Source: Nitrososphaerota archaeon (GTDB taxonomy: Archaea > Thermoproteota > Nitrososphaeria_A > Caldarchaeales > Calditenuaceae). Taken from it: a stretch of DNA of 40,341 nt. The notes beneath the pieces are model-generated. The model saw only the letters and a list, made by a program, of their open reading frames with translations. It did no database searches and was not told the DNA's origin. Position numbers and translations under genes: made by a program. Position 1 is the first letter of the stretch. Each line of letters starts with the position of its first letter. Shown here piece by piece: positions 25,951-35,313 of the stretch. The stretch is from assembly GCA_038741355.1 (NCBI GenBank), contig JAVYLC010000013.1:1-40341 (forward strand), given 5' to 3'.

Positions 25951-27510
25951 ATGGCATCCGCGAGGGAGGTGCTAATTGAGGCAAAAAACATTACTAAAAC
26001 ATTCGACACAGTCGTCAGAGCTCTGGATGGAGTAAGTATAGAGGTGAGGAAGAGAGAGATCCTTAGCGTAGTGGGAGAGAATGGTGCTGGAAAATCCACT
26101 CTAATGAAGATTCTTGTAGGTATACATCAACCAGATAGCGGAGAATTATATTACCTAGGCGAGCGCATCCCATTTCCTAAGAACCCACTAGACGCCTTGA
26201 AAAGGGGTATCTCGATAGTTTACCAAGAGAGAGGTGTCATCCCGCACCTCAAGGTCTACCAATTCTTATTCCTAGGCCTTGAAGATAAGTTTACAAAGCT
26301 CGGGAGACTGCAACTAGAAAAAATTATAGGTGCGGCCAGATCCGTTTTTGACGAACTAGGCATTAAATGCGGCCTGGGAAGCTATCTTTACGAGCTGCCT
26401 CTATCCACTCAGAAGATGGTTGAGATAGCTAAGGCGATACTGAGTATCAGACTAGCTACAGGCGAGGGTGATGAGGACGTGGTCACCCCCTTGATAATAC
26501 TTGATGAGCCGACGGCCCCCCTTTCGATGGAGGAAAGAGACGAGCTGTTCGACTATCTGCTAAACCTAAAGAAGAAAAACTCTTTCATATTTGTGTCACA
26601 CATTATCCCTGAAGTAATGAAATTTAGTGACCGCATATACGTTCTACGAGATGGAAAAGTAGTGGCCCATCATGAGATATCGGCGGAAAAGGTTACTGAA
26701 GAGGAGTTGTTCAGAGAAATTGTTGGCCGCGAATCCTACTACGAGCTTTTAGCAAGATATGGTTATGGACAGGTGCAGCATGAAGAGAGGCCCTCAGTCT
26801 TGAAGGTTAGAAATCTCACAAAGAAAGGATACTACACGGGCATTTCTTTCGATATTCACCTTGGAGAGTGTGTCGGGCTGTTCGGACCTGCGGGTTGCGG
26901 TAAGAGCGAAATCGCCAAAACTCTTTATGGCGTCCTTACCTTCGATAAGGGCGAGATAATCATGGATGGTCATGAGTTGAAAGCAAAGGGTGGACCTTAC
27001 TCCAGAATCCGGAGGGGTCTCGGATATTTCTCCGGTGAGACTGGTAAGGAACTCTTCCTCTACTGGCCAGTAAGAAAGAATGTATCGATAATTAATTTTG
27101 AGAAGGTTATTAGAAAACATCTTGCGATAATTCCAGTGATAAGTCTGAGACTGGAGAAAAGCCTAGCTGAAAAAATTGTGAAGAAGCTGCGGATCAGGGC
27201 CCCCAGTGTCGATACCGAGTGCTACTCTCTAAGTGGTGGCAATAAGCAAAAGGTTTCGGTCGGTAAATGGCTTGAGAAAAGTCCGAAAGTGTTAATTCTA
27301 GAAGATCCTACTATCGGGATAGATGTAGGAGCGAGGGAAGACATATATGAAGTCCTGCTAGAAATGAAGAAGAATGGCATATCGATGCTGCTTGTAAGTG
27401 ATGATCCCAAGGAATACGCGATTCTCTGTGACAAAATACTGATGTTGAAGGCAGGCACTGTTCAGAGGGTGTGTACGAATGAGGAGTTTAGAGGTTTGAT
27501 GGGCTTATGA
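25951..27510 (+). CDS. Sugar ABC transporter ATP-binding protein, duplicated NBD (RbsA/MglA type)
   Basis: GENGAGKST / LSTQKMVEIAKAI / LILDEPT in the first NBD, and GPAGCGKSE / LSGGNKQK / LILEDPT in the second. ATG 25951 is preceded by aaggag. Confidence 0.85.
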   Translation: MASAREVLIEAKNITKTFDTVVRALDGVSIEVRKREILSVVGENGAGKSTLMKILVGIHQPDSGELYYLGERIPFPKNPLDALKRGISIVYQERGVIPHLKVYQFLFLGLEDKFTKLGRLQLEKIIGAARSVFDELGIKCGLGSYLYELPLSTQKMVEIAKAILSIRLATGEGDEDVVTPLIILDEPTAPLSMEERDELFDYLLNLKKKNSFIFVSHIIPEVMKFSDRIYVLRDGKVVAHHEISAEKVTEEELFREIVGRESYYELLARYGYGQVQHEERPSVLKVRNLTKKGYYTGISFDIHLGECVGLFGPAGCGKSEIAKTLYGVLTFDKGEIIMDGHELKAKGGPYSRIRRGLGYFSGETGKELFLYWPVRKNVSIINFEKVIRKHLAIIPVISLRLEKSLAEKIVKKLRIRAPSVDTECYSLSGGNKQKVSVGKWLEKSPKVLILEDPTIGIDVGAREDIYEVLLEMKKNGISMLLVSDDPKEYAILCDKILMLKAGTVQRVCTNEEFRGLMGL

Positions 27511-28496
27511 AGGGCGAACTTGAGAGATCACCGGTAGTAACAACCATTGCGCTGGCTTGGAGGCTTATTAGGATAAATCCTGCATTGTGGACTATTTTCA
27601 GCTTAATAGTTCTCTTCTCTATAATCGTTCCAGCAAAGTTTCTCTCAGCCAGTAATATGGTGGCTATTATGAAGAGTTTTGCTGTGACCGCGATGCTATC
27701 CGTGGGGCCGACCTTCGTAATATTGATGGGCTCTATCGATGTCTCGTATATGGGTGTGTGGATGTTTGGTGGTGCACTCGTATGGCTCCTCTATCCTTAT
27801 CTCGGTCTTGCTTCAATACTCATTTATCCCGTTTTCGGCCTGCTTGTAGGGTTGGTAAATGGTTATGTCCACGTCAGGGCTAAGATACCTTCATTCATAC
27901 TTACACTCGCTGTAACTGCTGTATTCGCATTCCTGACCACATATGTTAGAAACGTTTCTGGTGTCTTGACGCTTACTGTTCCAGCATACAATTTCCTGAG
28001 GGAGTCGCCCATATCCTACCTTCCATCACCATTCCTACTAGCACTGCCAACTATTGCTTTGGCGATATTCTTTATGTTCTTCACTAAAGTTGGGACCTAT
28101 CTCTGCGCCATAGGGTCAAATGAGGAGGGTGCCAGCCTGGCAGGAATCGATGTCAAAAAGTACAAGATAATTGCCTTCATGCTTAGCGGGTTCTTAACGG
28201 GGCTAGGCTCGATCGCGATCTTCGTCCACCTTGGAAACCAGACGAGGGTAGATTTTGACCCGAGCGAGCTGATAAGGGGTTTGGCCGCTATAGTTCTTGG
28301 AGGAACCCCGCTAGCTGGCGGCATGGGCGGTCCACATAGAACACTGATGGGCGCGTTAGTGTATGTGTTGATATTTAATGGGCTGTTCCTTCTTCCCGGT
28401 GTGGATCCGAACCACCTCAAACTCTATATAGGTACACTCTTGATGGCCGCTGTTGCCATCGCGTCAAAAGCCCTTAAAGGCGCCTTAATCGCCTAG
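27507..28496 (+). CDS. Sugar ABC transporter permease (RbsC/AraH family)
   Basis: Polytopic protein with GSIDVSY.. and ..GGTPLAGGMGG motifs typical of the family. 4-nt overlap with the ATPase gene. Confidence 0.8.
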   Translation: MKGELERSPVVTTIALAWRLIRINPALWTIFSLIVLFSIIVPAKFLSASNMVAIMKSFAVTAMLSVGPTFVILMGSIDVSYMGVWMFGGALVWLLYPYLGLASILIYPVFGLLVGLVNGYVHVRAKIPSFILTLAVTAVFAFLTTYVRNVSGVLTLTVPAYNFLRESPISYLPSPFLLALPTIALAIFFMFFTKVGTYLCAIGSNEEGASLAGIDVKKYKIIAFMLSGFLTGLGSIAIFVHLGNQTRVDFDPSELIRGLAAIVLGGTPLAGGMGGPHRTLMGALVYVLIFNGLFLLPGVDPNHLKLYIGTLLMAAVAIASKALKGALIA

Positions 28497-28510
28497 CATG
28501 AGGTGACAGT

Positions 28511-29473
28511 ATGCGTCAAACAATCGTCCAAAGAGAGTGGCTGTATAGAAATCTTAACACGATAATTCCAATCTCCGGGCTATTGTTATTGATTGTTCTT
28601 TTGCGGATTGCTAATCCATTCTTCCTAACGAGCTGGGACAGCGTCATCACCTTGATCTACGGCATGTCATTTTTCCTAATAGCGGCTTGTGGACTTACGC
28701 TAGTCATTCTCATGGGCTCGTTTGATTTTTCCGTTCCCAGCGTTCTAAAGCTATCCGCAATGATATTCGCCGTCCTATACCCTTTTATCGGCTTCCTATC
28801 CATACCATCGGCACTAGGCGTCGCCTTAGTTTTTGGATACGTGAATGGCTTGTTACTGGCGAAGTTTAGGATCCCCTCTTTCATGGCCACTTTAGCCACA
28901 TCTATGGTGGCTGAGGGGTTGGCTCAGATAATATCTGGAGGATATACAAGGATGATAACTGACCCGGCATTCAGGGCCATCTCAACCTCAATGATGTTTG
29001 GCCTACCGTCGATATTTTACTGGGGAGCGGCTTTATGGATTGTCGCCGTCCTCATCACCATGGTTACACCTTTTGGAAGGGCTATCTACGCGATTGGCGG
29101 AAACCTTGTAGGTGCGAATCTGGCTGGGATAAACGTCTCAAGGGTGAGGATTCTGGTCTTCATGATTTGTGCACTGTTCGCGGGTCTTGCGGGTATCTTA
29201 TATGCCTCTCAGATCCAGGGAGCGCATATGCAGGTTGGTGTATTGGACACGATACCCCTCTTTGCAAGCGTGGTCGTCGGTGGGACAGCGCTAACGGGAG
29301 GTGTCGGTGGTGTGCATAGGACTTTGCTGGGGGTGTTGATTATCAGGTGGCTTGACTCCGGTCTAAGCATGCTCGCAATAGATCTAAACATTAGGATGAT
29401 AATCTTCGGCGTAATCGCGATTGTGATGGCCATATTGACGATAGATAGAAGGCGGATTAAGATAATGAAGTAG
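28511..29473 (+). CDS. Sugar ABC transporter permease (RbsC/AraH family), second copy
   Basis: GSFDFSV.. and ..GGTALTGGVGG motifs. Paralogous to the preceding gene. Confidence 0.8.
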   Translation: MRQTIVQREWLYRNLNTIIPISGLLLLIVLLRIANPFFLTSWDSVITLIYGMSFFLIAACGLTLVILMGSFDFSVPSVLKLSAMIFAVLYPFIGFLSIPSALGVALVFGYVNGLLLAKFRIPSFMATLATSMVAEGLAQIISGGYTRMITDPAFRAISTSMMFGLPSIFYWGAALWIVAVLITMVTPFGRAIYAIGGNLVGANLAGINVSRVRILVFMICALFAGLAGILYASQIQGAHMQVGVLDTIPLFASVVVGGTALTGGVGGVHRTLLGVLIIRWLDSGLSMLAIDLNIRMIIFGVIAIVMAILTIDRRRIKIMK

Positions 29474-29489
29474 GGAGGGCTTAAGAATA

Positions 29490-30569
29490 TTAGCTTAGGT
29501 TCCAGTGGACGGGTATGAACCTGCTCTTCTTAGATTCTTTCGCTGGCGGCTTCCCTACTATTGCTATCTTGTAGCCGCAATTTGGGCATGTGTTCTTCGG
29601 GGTTAGGCGCCACTCGATTATGTCGAATCCGAGCCTCTCCACAACCATGTATCCGCATCCTGGGCAGTATGTGTGCTCGTAGGGGTGGCCTGGAACGTTT
29701 CCTATGTAGGCATAGTTCATGCCCTCCTCCTTTGCTATTTTCCAGTGGGCTTCGAGCGTCTCTATCGGAGTCCAGGGTAGGTGCATGAGCTTGTAGTCTG
29801 GGTGGAATCTTAGGAAGTGTATGGGCGTGTCTGGGCCGAGGTTGTCGTGAACCCATCTCACAAGCTTTCGGGCCGCGTTTAGGTCGTCGCCGATTTGAGG
29901 GACGACTAGGTCGGTTATCTCGATGTGTATCCGAGTCTTCTCCTTCATCTCGAGGAGTGTCTGAAATATCGGCTCCGCGTCTGGTATTCCGATGTAGCGC
30001 CTTACGAAGCCTTTCTCACCGTTCCCCTTGAAGTCTACTGTCGCTGCGTCGAGGAATTTCGCGGCCATGGCCACTGACTCCGTTGTCCAATACCCGTTGG
30101 TGACGAAGATGTTAAATAGGCCGAGCCTCTTAGCCTCTAAGCCCACATCCCGCGCAAACTCCATGAAGATTGTCGGCTCGTTGTAGGTGTATGCTATGCC
30201 GTGTGAGCCGTATCTTGCTGCGTGCTCCGCCACCTGTCTTGGTGTGACCTCGATGCCCTCAATCTTCCTCCTCTGGCTGATGTCGAAGTTTTGGCAGTAC
30301 TGGCAGAGCCAGTTACACCCTGTTGTCGCTATACTGAATATCTTGGTTCCGGGCATGTAGTGTGTGACCGGCTTCTTCTCTATTGGGTCGATATGGCTTG
30401 CGATCACTCTGCCATAGACGTAGAGGAAGAGTTTTCCCTCGTGGGCGCCTCTAACGCCGCATAGGCCCACCTGGTTGTCGGAGAGGCGGCAGTACCTTGC
30501 GCAGGCTGTGCACTTGACTTTACCTCCCTCGATTGTCCACAGCTCTGCCTCCTTTCCGGGAATTTGCAT
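29490..30569 (-). CDS. AmmeMemoRadiSam-system-type radical SAM enzyme (PflA-like activase family)
   Basis: The CNWLCQYC (Cx3Cx2C) cluster motif, an N-terminal Cys-rich KCTACARYC..GLCGVR, and a C-terminal Zn-ribbon CPGC..CPNC. Confidence 0.75.
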   Translation of the reverse strand: MQIPGKEAELWTIEGGKVKCTACARYCRLSDNQVGLCGVRGAHEGKLFLYVYGRVIASHIDPIEKKPVTHYMPGTKIFSIATTGCNWLCQYCQNFDISQRRKIEGIEVTPRQVAEHAARYGSHGIAYTYNEPTIFMEFARDVGLEAKRLGLFNIFVTNGYWTTESVAMAAKFLDAATVDFKGNGEKGFVRRYIGIPDAEPIFQTLLEMKEKTRIHIEITDLVVPQIGDDLNAARKLVRWVHDNLGPDTPIHFLRFHPDYKLMHLPWTPIETLEAHWKIAKEEGMNYAYIGNVPGHPYEHTYCPGCGYMVVERLGFDIIEWRLTPKNTCPNCGYKIAIVGKPPAKESKKSRFIPVHWNLS

Positions 30570-30628
30570 ATGGTCTTACTCTCTAAGTCTATTAGCTGTC
30601 CGCCGCTCTTAAACTTTCACCTATTACA

Positions 30629-31222
30629 TCATCGTCTAGCGATTCGGATGTAGTTCTTAAGAATCTTCTCGCCTGTTCGTCCAGACTTCTCTGGATGGAA
30701 CTGTGTCCCGTAGACGGCTCCTTCCCCGATTATAGAGGGGAAGTCGGTCTGGTAGCTTGTCGTGGCTATGACTATGCGCTCATCTACGGGTTGTGGGGCG
30801 TAGGAGTGCATGAAGTAGGCGTACTCGCCCGGTTGTATGCCTTCTGTCAGGGGTGAGGGTCTCACAGGGATTATCCTGTTCCAGCCCATGTGGGGGACCT
30901 TTGCGGCCCTGAGACGGGTGATGCGGCCCCTGAAAACCCCCAGTCCAGCCCCAGGCCCCTCCTCACTTGATTCAAATAACATCTGCATCCCTAGGCATAC
31001 CCCCAGGAAAGGCTTGCCAGAGCCGATATAGTCCAGCACATCTTTCCGTATCTCCTCGATCCTGCTGACGGCCTCGGTGAAGTTTCCGACTCCAGGGAAG
31101 ATGAACGCGTCAACGGAGTCGATTGGCTTTTCGAGAAGAACCACCTCAGCCCCCAGCCTCCTCACCGCAGATGTTATGCTGAAGAGATTGCTGAGTCCAA
31201 GGTTGAGTATGCCGATCCGCAA
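30629..31222 (-). CDS. hisH: Imidazole glycerol phosphate synthase, glutamine amidotransferase subunit HisH
   Basis: GVCLGMQ nucleophile elbow, and FHPEKS. TTG start 2 nt after the hisB stop. Confidence 0.9.
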   Translation of the reverse strand: MRIGILNLGLSNLFSITSAVRRLGAEVVLLEKPIDSVDAFIFPGVGNFTEAVSRIEEIRKDVLDYIGSGKPFLGVCLGMQMLFESSEEGPGAGLGVFRGRITRLRAAKVPHMGWNRIIPVRPSPLTEGIQPGEYAYFMHSYAPQPVDERIVIATTSYQTDFPSIIGEGAVYGTQFHPEKSGRTGEKILKNYIRIARR

Positions 31223-31224
31223 TG

Positions 31225-31806
31225 CTAGATCACACCCTTACTGCTTGGCGGTCCCCTCCTTTTCGGCTCCTTCTGCCACGCGTTTCTGAGGGCTATTGCG
31301 AGGGCCTTGACCGCTGCCTCTACCTTGTGGTGATCGTTTAACCCGTATCTCACGTTGATGTGGAGTACGGCTGGGATCGAGTTGGCGAGCGACTGGAAGA
31401 AGTGGACCATATCTTCCGCCGCCATGTCCTCAATCCACGCGTTTGTTAGACCAAAGTCTATCTTGGCGTGTGGCCTCTTCACTAAGTCTACTGAAGCCTC
31501 AGCTAGGGCCTCGTCCATGGGTATGAGAGCGTATCCGAACCTTGCTATGCCTGATCGGTCTCCTAGCGCATCTCCGAGGGCTTGGCCAAGTGTTATTCCT
31601 ACGTCCTCGACGCCGTGGTGTTCTAGGTCCCACTCAGCCTCCACCGACAGATCCATGAGGCTGTGATAAGCGAGAAGGGTGAGGATGTGGTCGAGGAATT
31701 TTATCCCCGTGGAGCCGCTGAATCCCCCCTCCCCCTCTAGGACAAGCCTCACGTCAACCCTTGTCTCCCCTGTCTTGCGTGTTACAGCGCTTTCGCGCCT
31801 CTCCAT
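31225..31806 (-). CDS. hisB: Imidazoleglycerol-phosphate dehydratase (monofunctional HisB)
   Basis: TGETRV.., GIKFLDHIL.., DLEHHGVEDVGI, NDHHKVEA motifs. ATG 31806 overlaps the upstream stop (TGATG). Confidence 0.9.
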   Translation of the reverse strand: MERRESAVTRKTGETRVDVRLVLEGEGGFSGSTGIKFLDHILTLLAYHSLMDLSVEAEWDLEHHGVEDVGITLGQALGDALGDRSGIARFGYALIPMDEALAEASVDLVKRPHAKIDFGLTNAWIEDMAAEDMVHFFQSLANSIPAVLHINVRYGLNDHHKVEAAVKALAIALRNAWQKEPKRRGPPSSKGVI

Positions 31807-32978
31807 CAAATCACCCCAAACACTTTAGCGATGTCGTCTGGGCTCAACATTATCGCATCACTGCCAAGCGATGCGAAGAACTCGGCAGACTGTGAGGGGT
31901 TGGGTGCTAGGCCAACTACTGCGGCGAAGAGGGTCTTGTAGCCATACTTTTCGACGCTCCGCGACATGAAGAAGTCTTCAGCTGAGTTCCCCAAATATAT
32001 CGGGGATGAGGCCCCATCCATCCGTGTGACTGCCTTAACAATGCCGTATGGGCTTGGCTTCTTAACGACCTCGCCTATCTGCCGATACTCGTCCGCAAGG
32101 AATACGCAGGCATCTATGTTGAAGTACATCATCAGGTCGCCCAGCACGATCTCTGTTGAGAACCTGTCCCTGCCGCTGACAATGCCCATATTCTCGACCC
32201 CAAATCTCTCGGCAAGCCATTTCAATGTGGACTCCTTCACGTTTACCTGCTCCTTCAAATACATGCCGGGCCCAAAGTCGAAGAAGTTTCCCCTGCCGAA
32301 GATCATGCGAACATTCTCGGGTCCATAATAGATGTCGCAGAAGAGGGTCTCAAGTAGCCCCTCCCCGTAACTACCAGGCCTGCCTATTATGCGTCTGAAC
32401 GTCTCGAAAAGGTCGAGCTGCCCCCTTCGCTGTGCAAGCTCTCTCAAAGTCTGTTCAAGGTCTTCTACAGATAGGACTTGGTTGCCAACTCGTCTCATCG
32501 TCTCCGATACGACTTGCTCAAGCGGTGGAGGAGCGTATCTATATTCGTGCCGAAGGTATCCGGTTCTTGAGCTAATGGTTTGTGAGACTGTCTCGAGGAG
32601 GGTTCGAGGATCATCAGCCCCATCCACCGCTGAGTCTAGCCCGTAGAGTATCTCGGCCTTATCACTAGGCAATCCCACGAATAGCCAAAGTGAGAGTATG
32701 TACGCTGTGTCTGTGTCGTTGTTAAATCCTCCCGTCGACCTAAGCAGGTAAATGTGGCTGTTGTTAACTGTGTGGGCGATTAGCTCTAGGTTGAATATCT
32801 TCTCGAAAAGTATAGTTACTGTTTTCACTATCGCCATGTCGTAGCTCTCCCTGGTGTCTATTAGGACCCCGTCGCAGTCGAAGAGTATGGAGTCTATTTT
32901 TTTGAGCATTTTTGCCGACTCCTTATAGATGTAGGCGGTGCTCTCGTCTGATATCTTGAAATATTTGGCGAGCGTCAA
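31806..32978 (-). CDS. HAD-superfamily hydrolase-like protein with an oversized cap insertion (function unknown; candidate histidinol-phosphate phosphatase)
   Basis: HAD motif I FDCDGVLID, motif II IVSGR, motif III KKPSP, motif IV-like GNSAED. TTG 32978 overlaps the hisD stop (TTGA). The alternative ATG 32909 gives the classic MLKKIDSILFDCDG N-terminus. Confidence 0.6.
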   Translation of the reverse strand: MTLAKYFKISDESTAYIYKESAKMLKKIDSILFDCDGVLIDTRESYDMAIVKTVTILFEKIFNLELIAHTVNNSHIYLLRSTGGFNNDTDTAYILSLWLFVGLPSDKAEILYGLDSAVDGADDPRTLLETVSQTISSRTGYLRHEYRYAPPPLEQVVSETMRRVGNQVLSVEDLEQTLRELAQRRGQLDLFETFRRIIGRPGSYGEGLLETLFCDIYYGPENVRMIFGRGNFFDFGPGMYLKEQVNVKESTLKWLAERFGVENMGIVSGRDRFSTEIVLGDLMMYFNIDACVFLADEYRQIGEVVKKPSPYGIVKAVTRMDGASSPIYLGNSAEDFFMSRSVEKYGYKTLFAAVVGLAPNPSQSAEFFASLGSDAIMLSPDDIAKVFGVI

Positions 32979-34270
32979 AGCCTTGCAGCCTCCTCCAATG
33001 CCTTCAGGTGTAGCGGCAGCCTCTCCGCCGAAATCAGCTCTCGCATATCTCGATATGCACGTCTCAGGGCTGTCTTCGAAGGCCTAACGGTGGGGAGTAG
33101 CTTCACATAGTCTAGGACCGTCAGCCCGCCTCTTATGGATGCCCATCCATCAGTCGGCAAGACATGGTTAGGTCCAGCGTAGTAGTCTAGAAAGACACTT
33201 GAGGGGTGGCGGCCATAGCTCACGACTCCGACGCTCTTTATATCCCTAAGCCTCTTTCTCCCAGTCTCGGCGTATATGAGTAGGTGCTCCGGCGCAAACG
33301 CGTCTATGAAGCGTCTAGCTGCCTCCCAGTCGTCCGCGGTACAGACAAATCCGCGGGTCCTCAAGGATGTTGAGGCAGGCGTGTCGTGTGGCAGCTCCTT
33401 TAACAGATCTGAGAGGCTCCTGAGGATCGCGGCCTCCGACCCAGGATCCAGCGCAAGAGCCCCCACTAGGGTGTCTGGGCTGTGCTCAGCCTGCGCCGCC
33501 ATTTCTAGAGCAGCTTGCCTGAAAGGCGTGGATGAATCGACTACAACAAGTAGCTCTGTCGGCCCTGCTACGAAGTCTACTGCTACATCCCTCGAGACGA
33601 GCCTCTTAGCCTCCAGGACGTATCTGTTCCCCGGCCCGACTATCTTCTTCACACTTTTGACGGTCTGTGTGCCATATGCCAGGGCTGCTATGGCTTGGGC
33701 GCCACCAGACCAGAGCACCTCGCTGAAACCGGCAAGGTATGATGCGGCTAAGACAGCTAGCCGGTCCTGCTCGCTTTTACGAGGCGGCGTGGCTAAGACG
33801 AGTCGCCGGACACCCGCGACTGTTCCCGGGACACCCATCATCAAGACGGTGGATGGATAGGATGCAGAGCCTCCGGGTGAATAGCATCCCACAGACTCGA
33901 GGGGTATGGGTCTAATCTCAATCCTACTGCCTCCCATGGTAATGTTAAGGGCTAGCCGCTTATAGAGCCTCTTCTCGAGCGTCAATAATCTCTGCCTCAG
34001 CCTCTTCATGGCTAAGACGAGTTTGGACGGGGCTGCCTCGTATGCCTCTCTCGCCTCCTCCCTAGAGGACACTAGCTCTTTGCTGCTCAAACTGACTCCG
34101 TCAAGCTGCTCTGCCAGCCTGAACAAGGCCTCATCCCCCTCCCTCCGCACAGCCCTGACTATCTCTTCAACTGCCCCTATGACCTCAGGCGGTGGACTGG
34201 CCTGTCCCCTGATATGCTGGGCGACTTCAGCCGCGTTTTCTCTGGATATCCTTACCACCCTCACGCCCAA
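32975..34270 (-). CDS. hisD: Histidinol dehydrogenase
   Basis: CYSPGGSASYPSTVLM motif, ..AGPTELLVV.., ..APEHL... The start is TTG 34270 or GTG 34264 and overlaps the hisG 3' end. Confidence 0.9.
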   Translation of the reverse strand: MGVRVVRISRENAAEVAQHIRGQASPPPEVIGAVEEIVRAVRREGDEALFRLAEQLDGVSLSSKELVSSREEAREAYEAAPSKLVLAMKRLRQRLLTLEKRLYKRLALNITMGGSRIEIRPIPLESVGCYSPGGSASYPSTVLMMGVPGTVAGVRRLVLATPPRKSEQDRLAVLAASYLAGFSEVLWSGGAQAIAALAYGTQTVKSVKKIVGPGNRYVLEAKRLVSRDVAVDFVAGPTELLVVVDSSTPFRQAALEMAAQAEHSPDTLVGALALDPGSEAAILRSLSDLLKELPHDTPASTSLRTRGFVCTADDWEAARRFIDAFAPEHLLIYAETGRKRLRDIKSVGVVSYGRHPSSVFLDYYAGPNHVLPTDGWASIRGGLTVLDYVKLLPTVRPSKTALRRAYRDMRELISAERLPLHLKALEEAARL

Positions 34271-35222
34271 TCTCCTCTAGGGGTAGGATGAGCTCAGGCT
34301 TGTGGGCTACTAGGCCTTGGGCAAGCCTCCTCAGCTTGGGGAGTATCTTGTGGAGATCCGACTTATCGATGACAGTGTTCACAGCGTACCACCCCTCCAT
34401 AGACAGCTTGTTGATCGTGGGCGACTTTAGCGCGGGGAGTGTTGAGAGAAGCTCGTCTAGGTTCTCCTCCCTGACGTTCAGGAAGATGTGCAACTTCTTC
34501 TCCGACTCTATTACGCCAGTGAACATGGTTAAGATGTCGTAGATTTTTTCACGCTTCCACTCATCTTCAAGCGACTTCTTATTAGCCACTAGTAGGGCCG
34601 TGCTCTCCATAAGCTCTTCCACGACAGCCAAGTTATTCTGCTCGAGTGTACGGCCAGTCTCGGTGTTGTCGACGACCGCGTCGGCTGCAAGCGGAGGCTT
34701 TGCCTCCGTAGCCCCAAATGAGAGGAGTATTGAGACCTGGGGGTTATCACCATGCCGATACCAGGGGGTGATTATCATGGGCTTCTTTGACCCAAACCTA
34801 GACGCGTAGGCCTCCGTCGCAATTACTCGATTCATCGTGATGTTGAGGTACTCGGTAGCTATTCTCACAGACCTGCCGATGGAGAGGTTCTTCTCCAGAA
34901 ATTGGTCTAGGCTCTCATACCTATTGTTGGCGGGGGCTGCGAAGACGAGTTTAACCCGTCCAAACTCCAAATCCCTAAGTATCTTGACATCCGCCCCAGT
35001 CTCCTCCACCCAATCACGCCCCGTGACCCCTACGTCAAACAACCCCTCCGCAATATACACGGGAATCTCCTGCGGCCTCAGAATTCGCAGCTCAATCTCC
35101 CTATCACTGATTAGAGGACTATAGCTCCTCTCATAGCCCTCCACCCTGTAGAACGCCTTCTCAAGCAGCTCAATAGAACCCTTCTCCAGCGATCCCTTCG
35201 GAATCACCATCCTCAGACGCAT
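34227..35222 (-). CDS. hisG: ATP phosphoribosyltransferase, long form with a C-terminal regulatory domain
   Basis: N-terminus LRMVIPKGSLEKGSIELL, RPQEIPVYIAEGLFDVGVTGRDW, and 331 aa including a HisG_C-like tail. Confidence 0.88.
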   Translation of the reverse strand: MRLRMVIPKGSLEKGSIELLEKAFYRVEGYERSYSPLISDREIELRILRPQEIPVYIAEGLFDVGVTGRDWVEETGADVKILRDLEFGRVKLVFAAPANNRYESLDQFLEKNLSIGRSVRIATEYLNITMNRVIATEAYASRFGSKKPMIITPWYRHGDNPQVSILLSFGATEAKPPLAADAVVDNTETGRTLEQNNLAVVEELMESTALLVANKKSLEDEWKREKIYDILTMFTGVIESEKKLHIFLNVREENLDELLSTLPALKSPTINKLSMEGWYAVNTVIDKSDLHKILPKLRRLAQGLVAHKPELILPLEEIGREGGKDIQRKRG

Positions 35223-35252
35223 GCCTGATCTGGGCTGTTTACCACTATCTCA

Positions 35253-35265
35253 GCTAATAAAACTA
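35253..35265 (-). promoter_or_regulatory. TATA box (tagttttattagc on the minus strand) for hisG
   Basis: Centred about 37 nt upstream of ATG 35222. This is the same spacing seen at several other genes in the window. Confidence 0.4.
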
Positions 35266-35313
35266 TGGCCCACCATACCGGCTATGACGGTGAACCCCAC
35301 CTTTGAGACCTTC

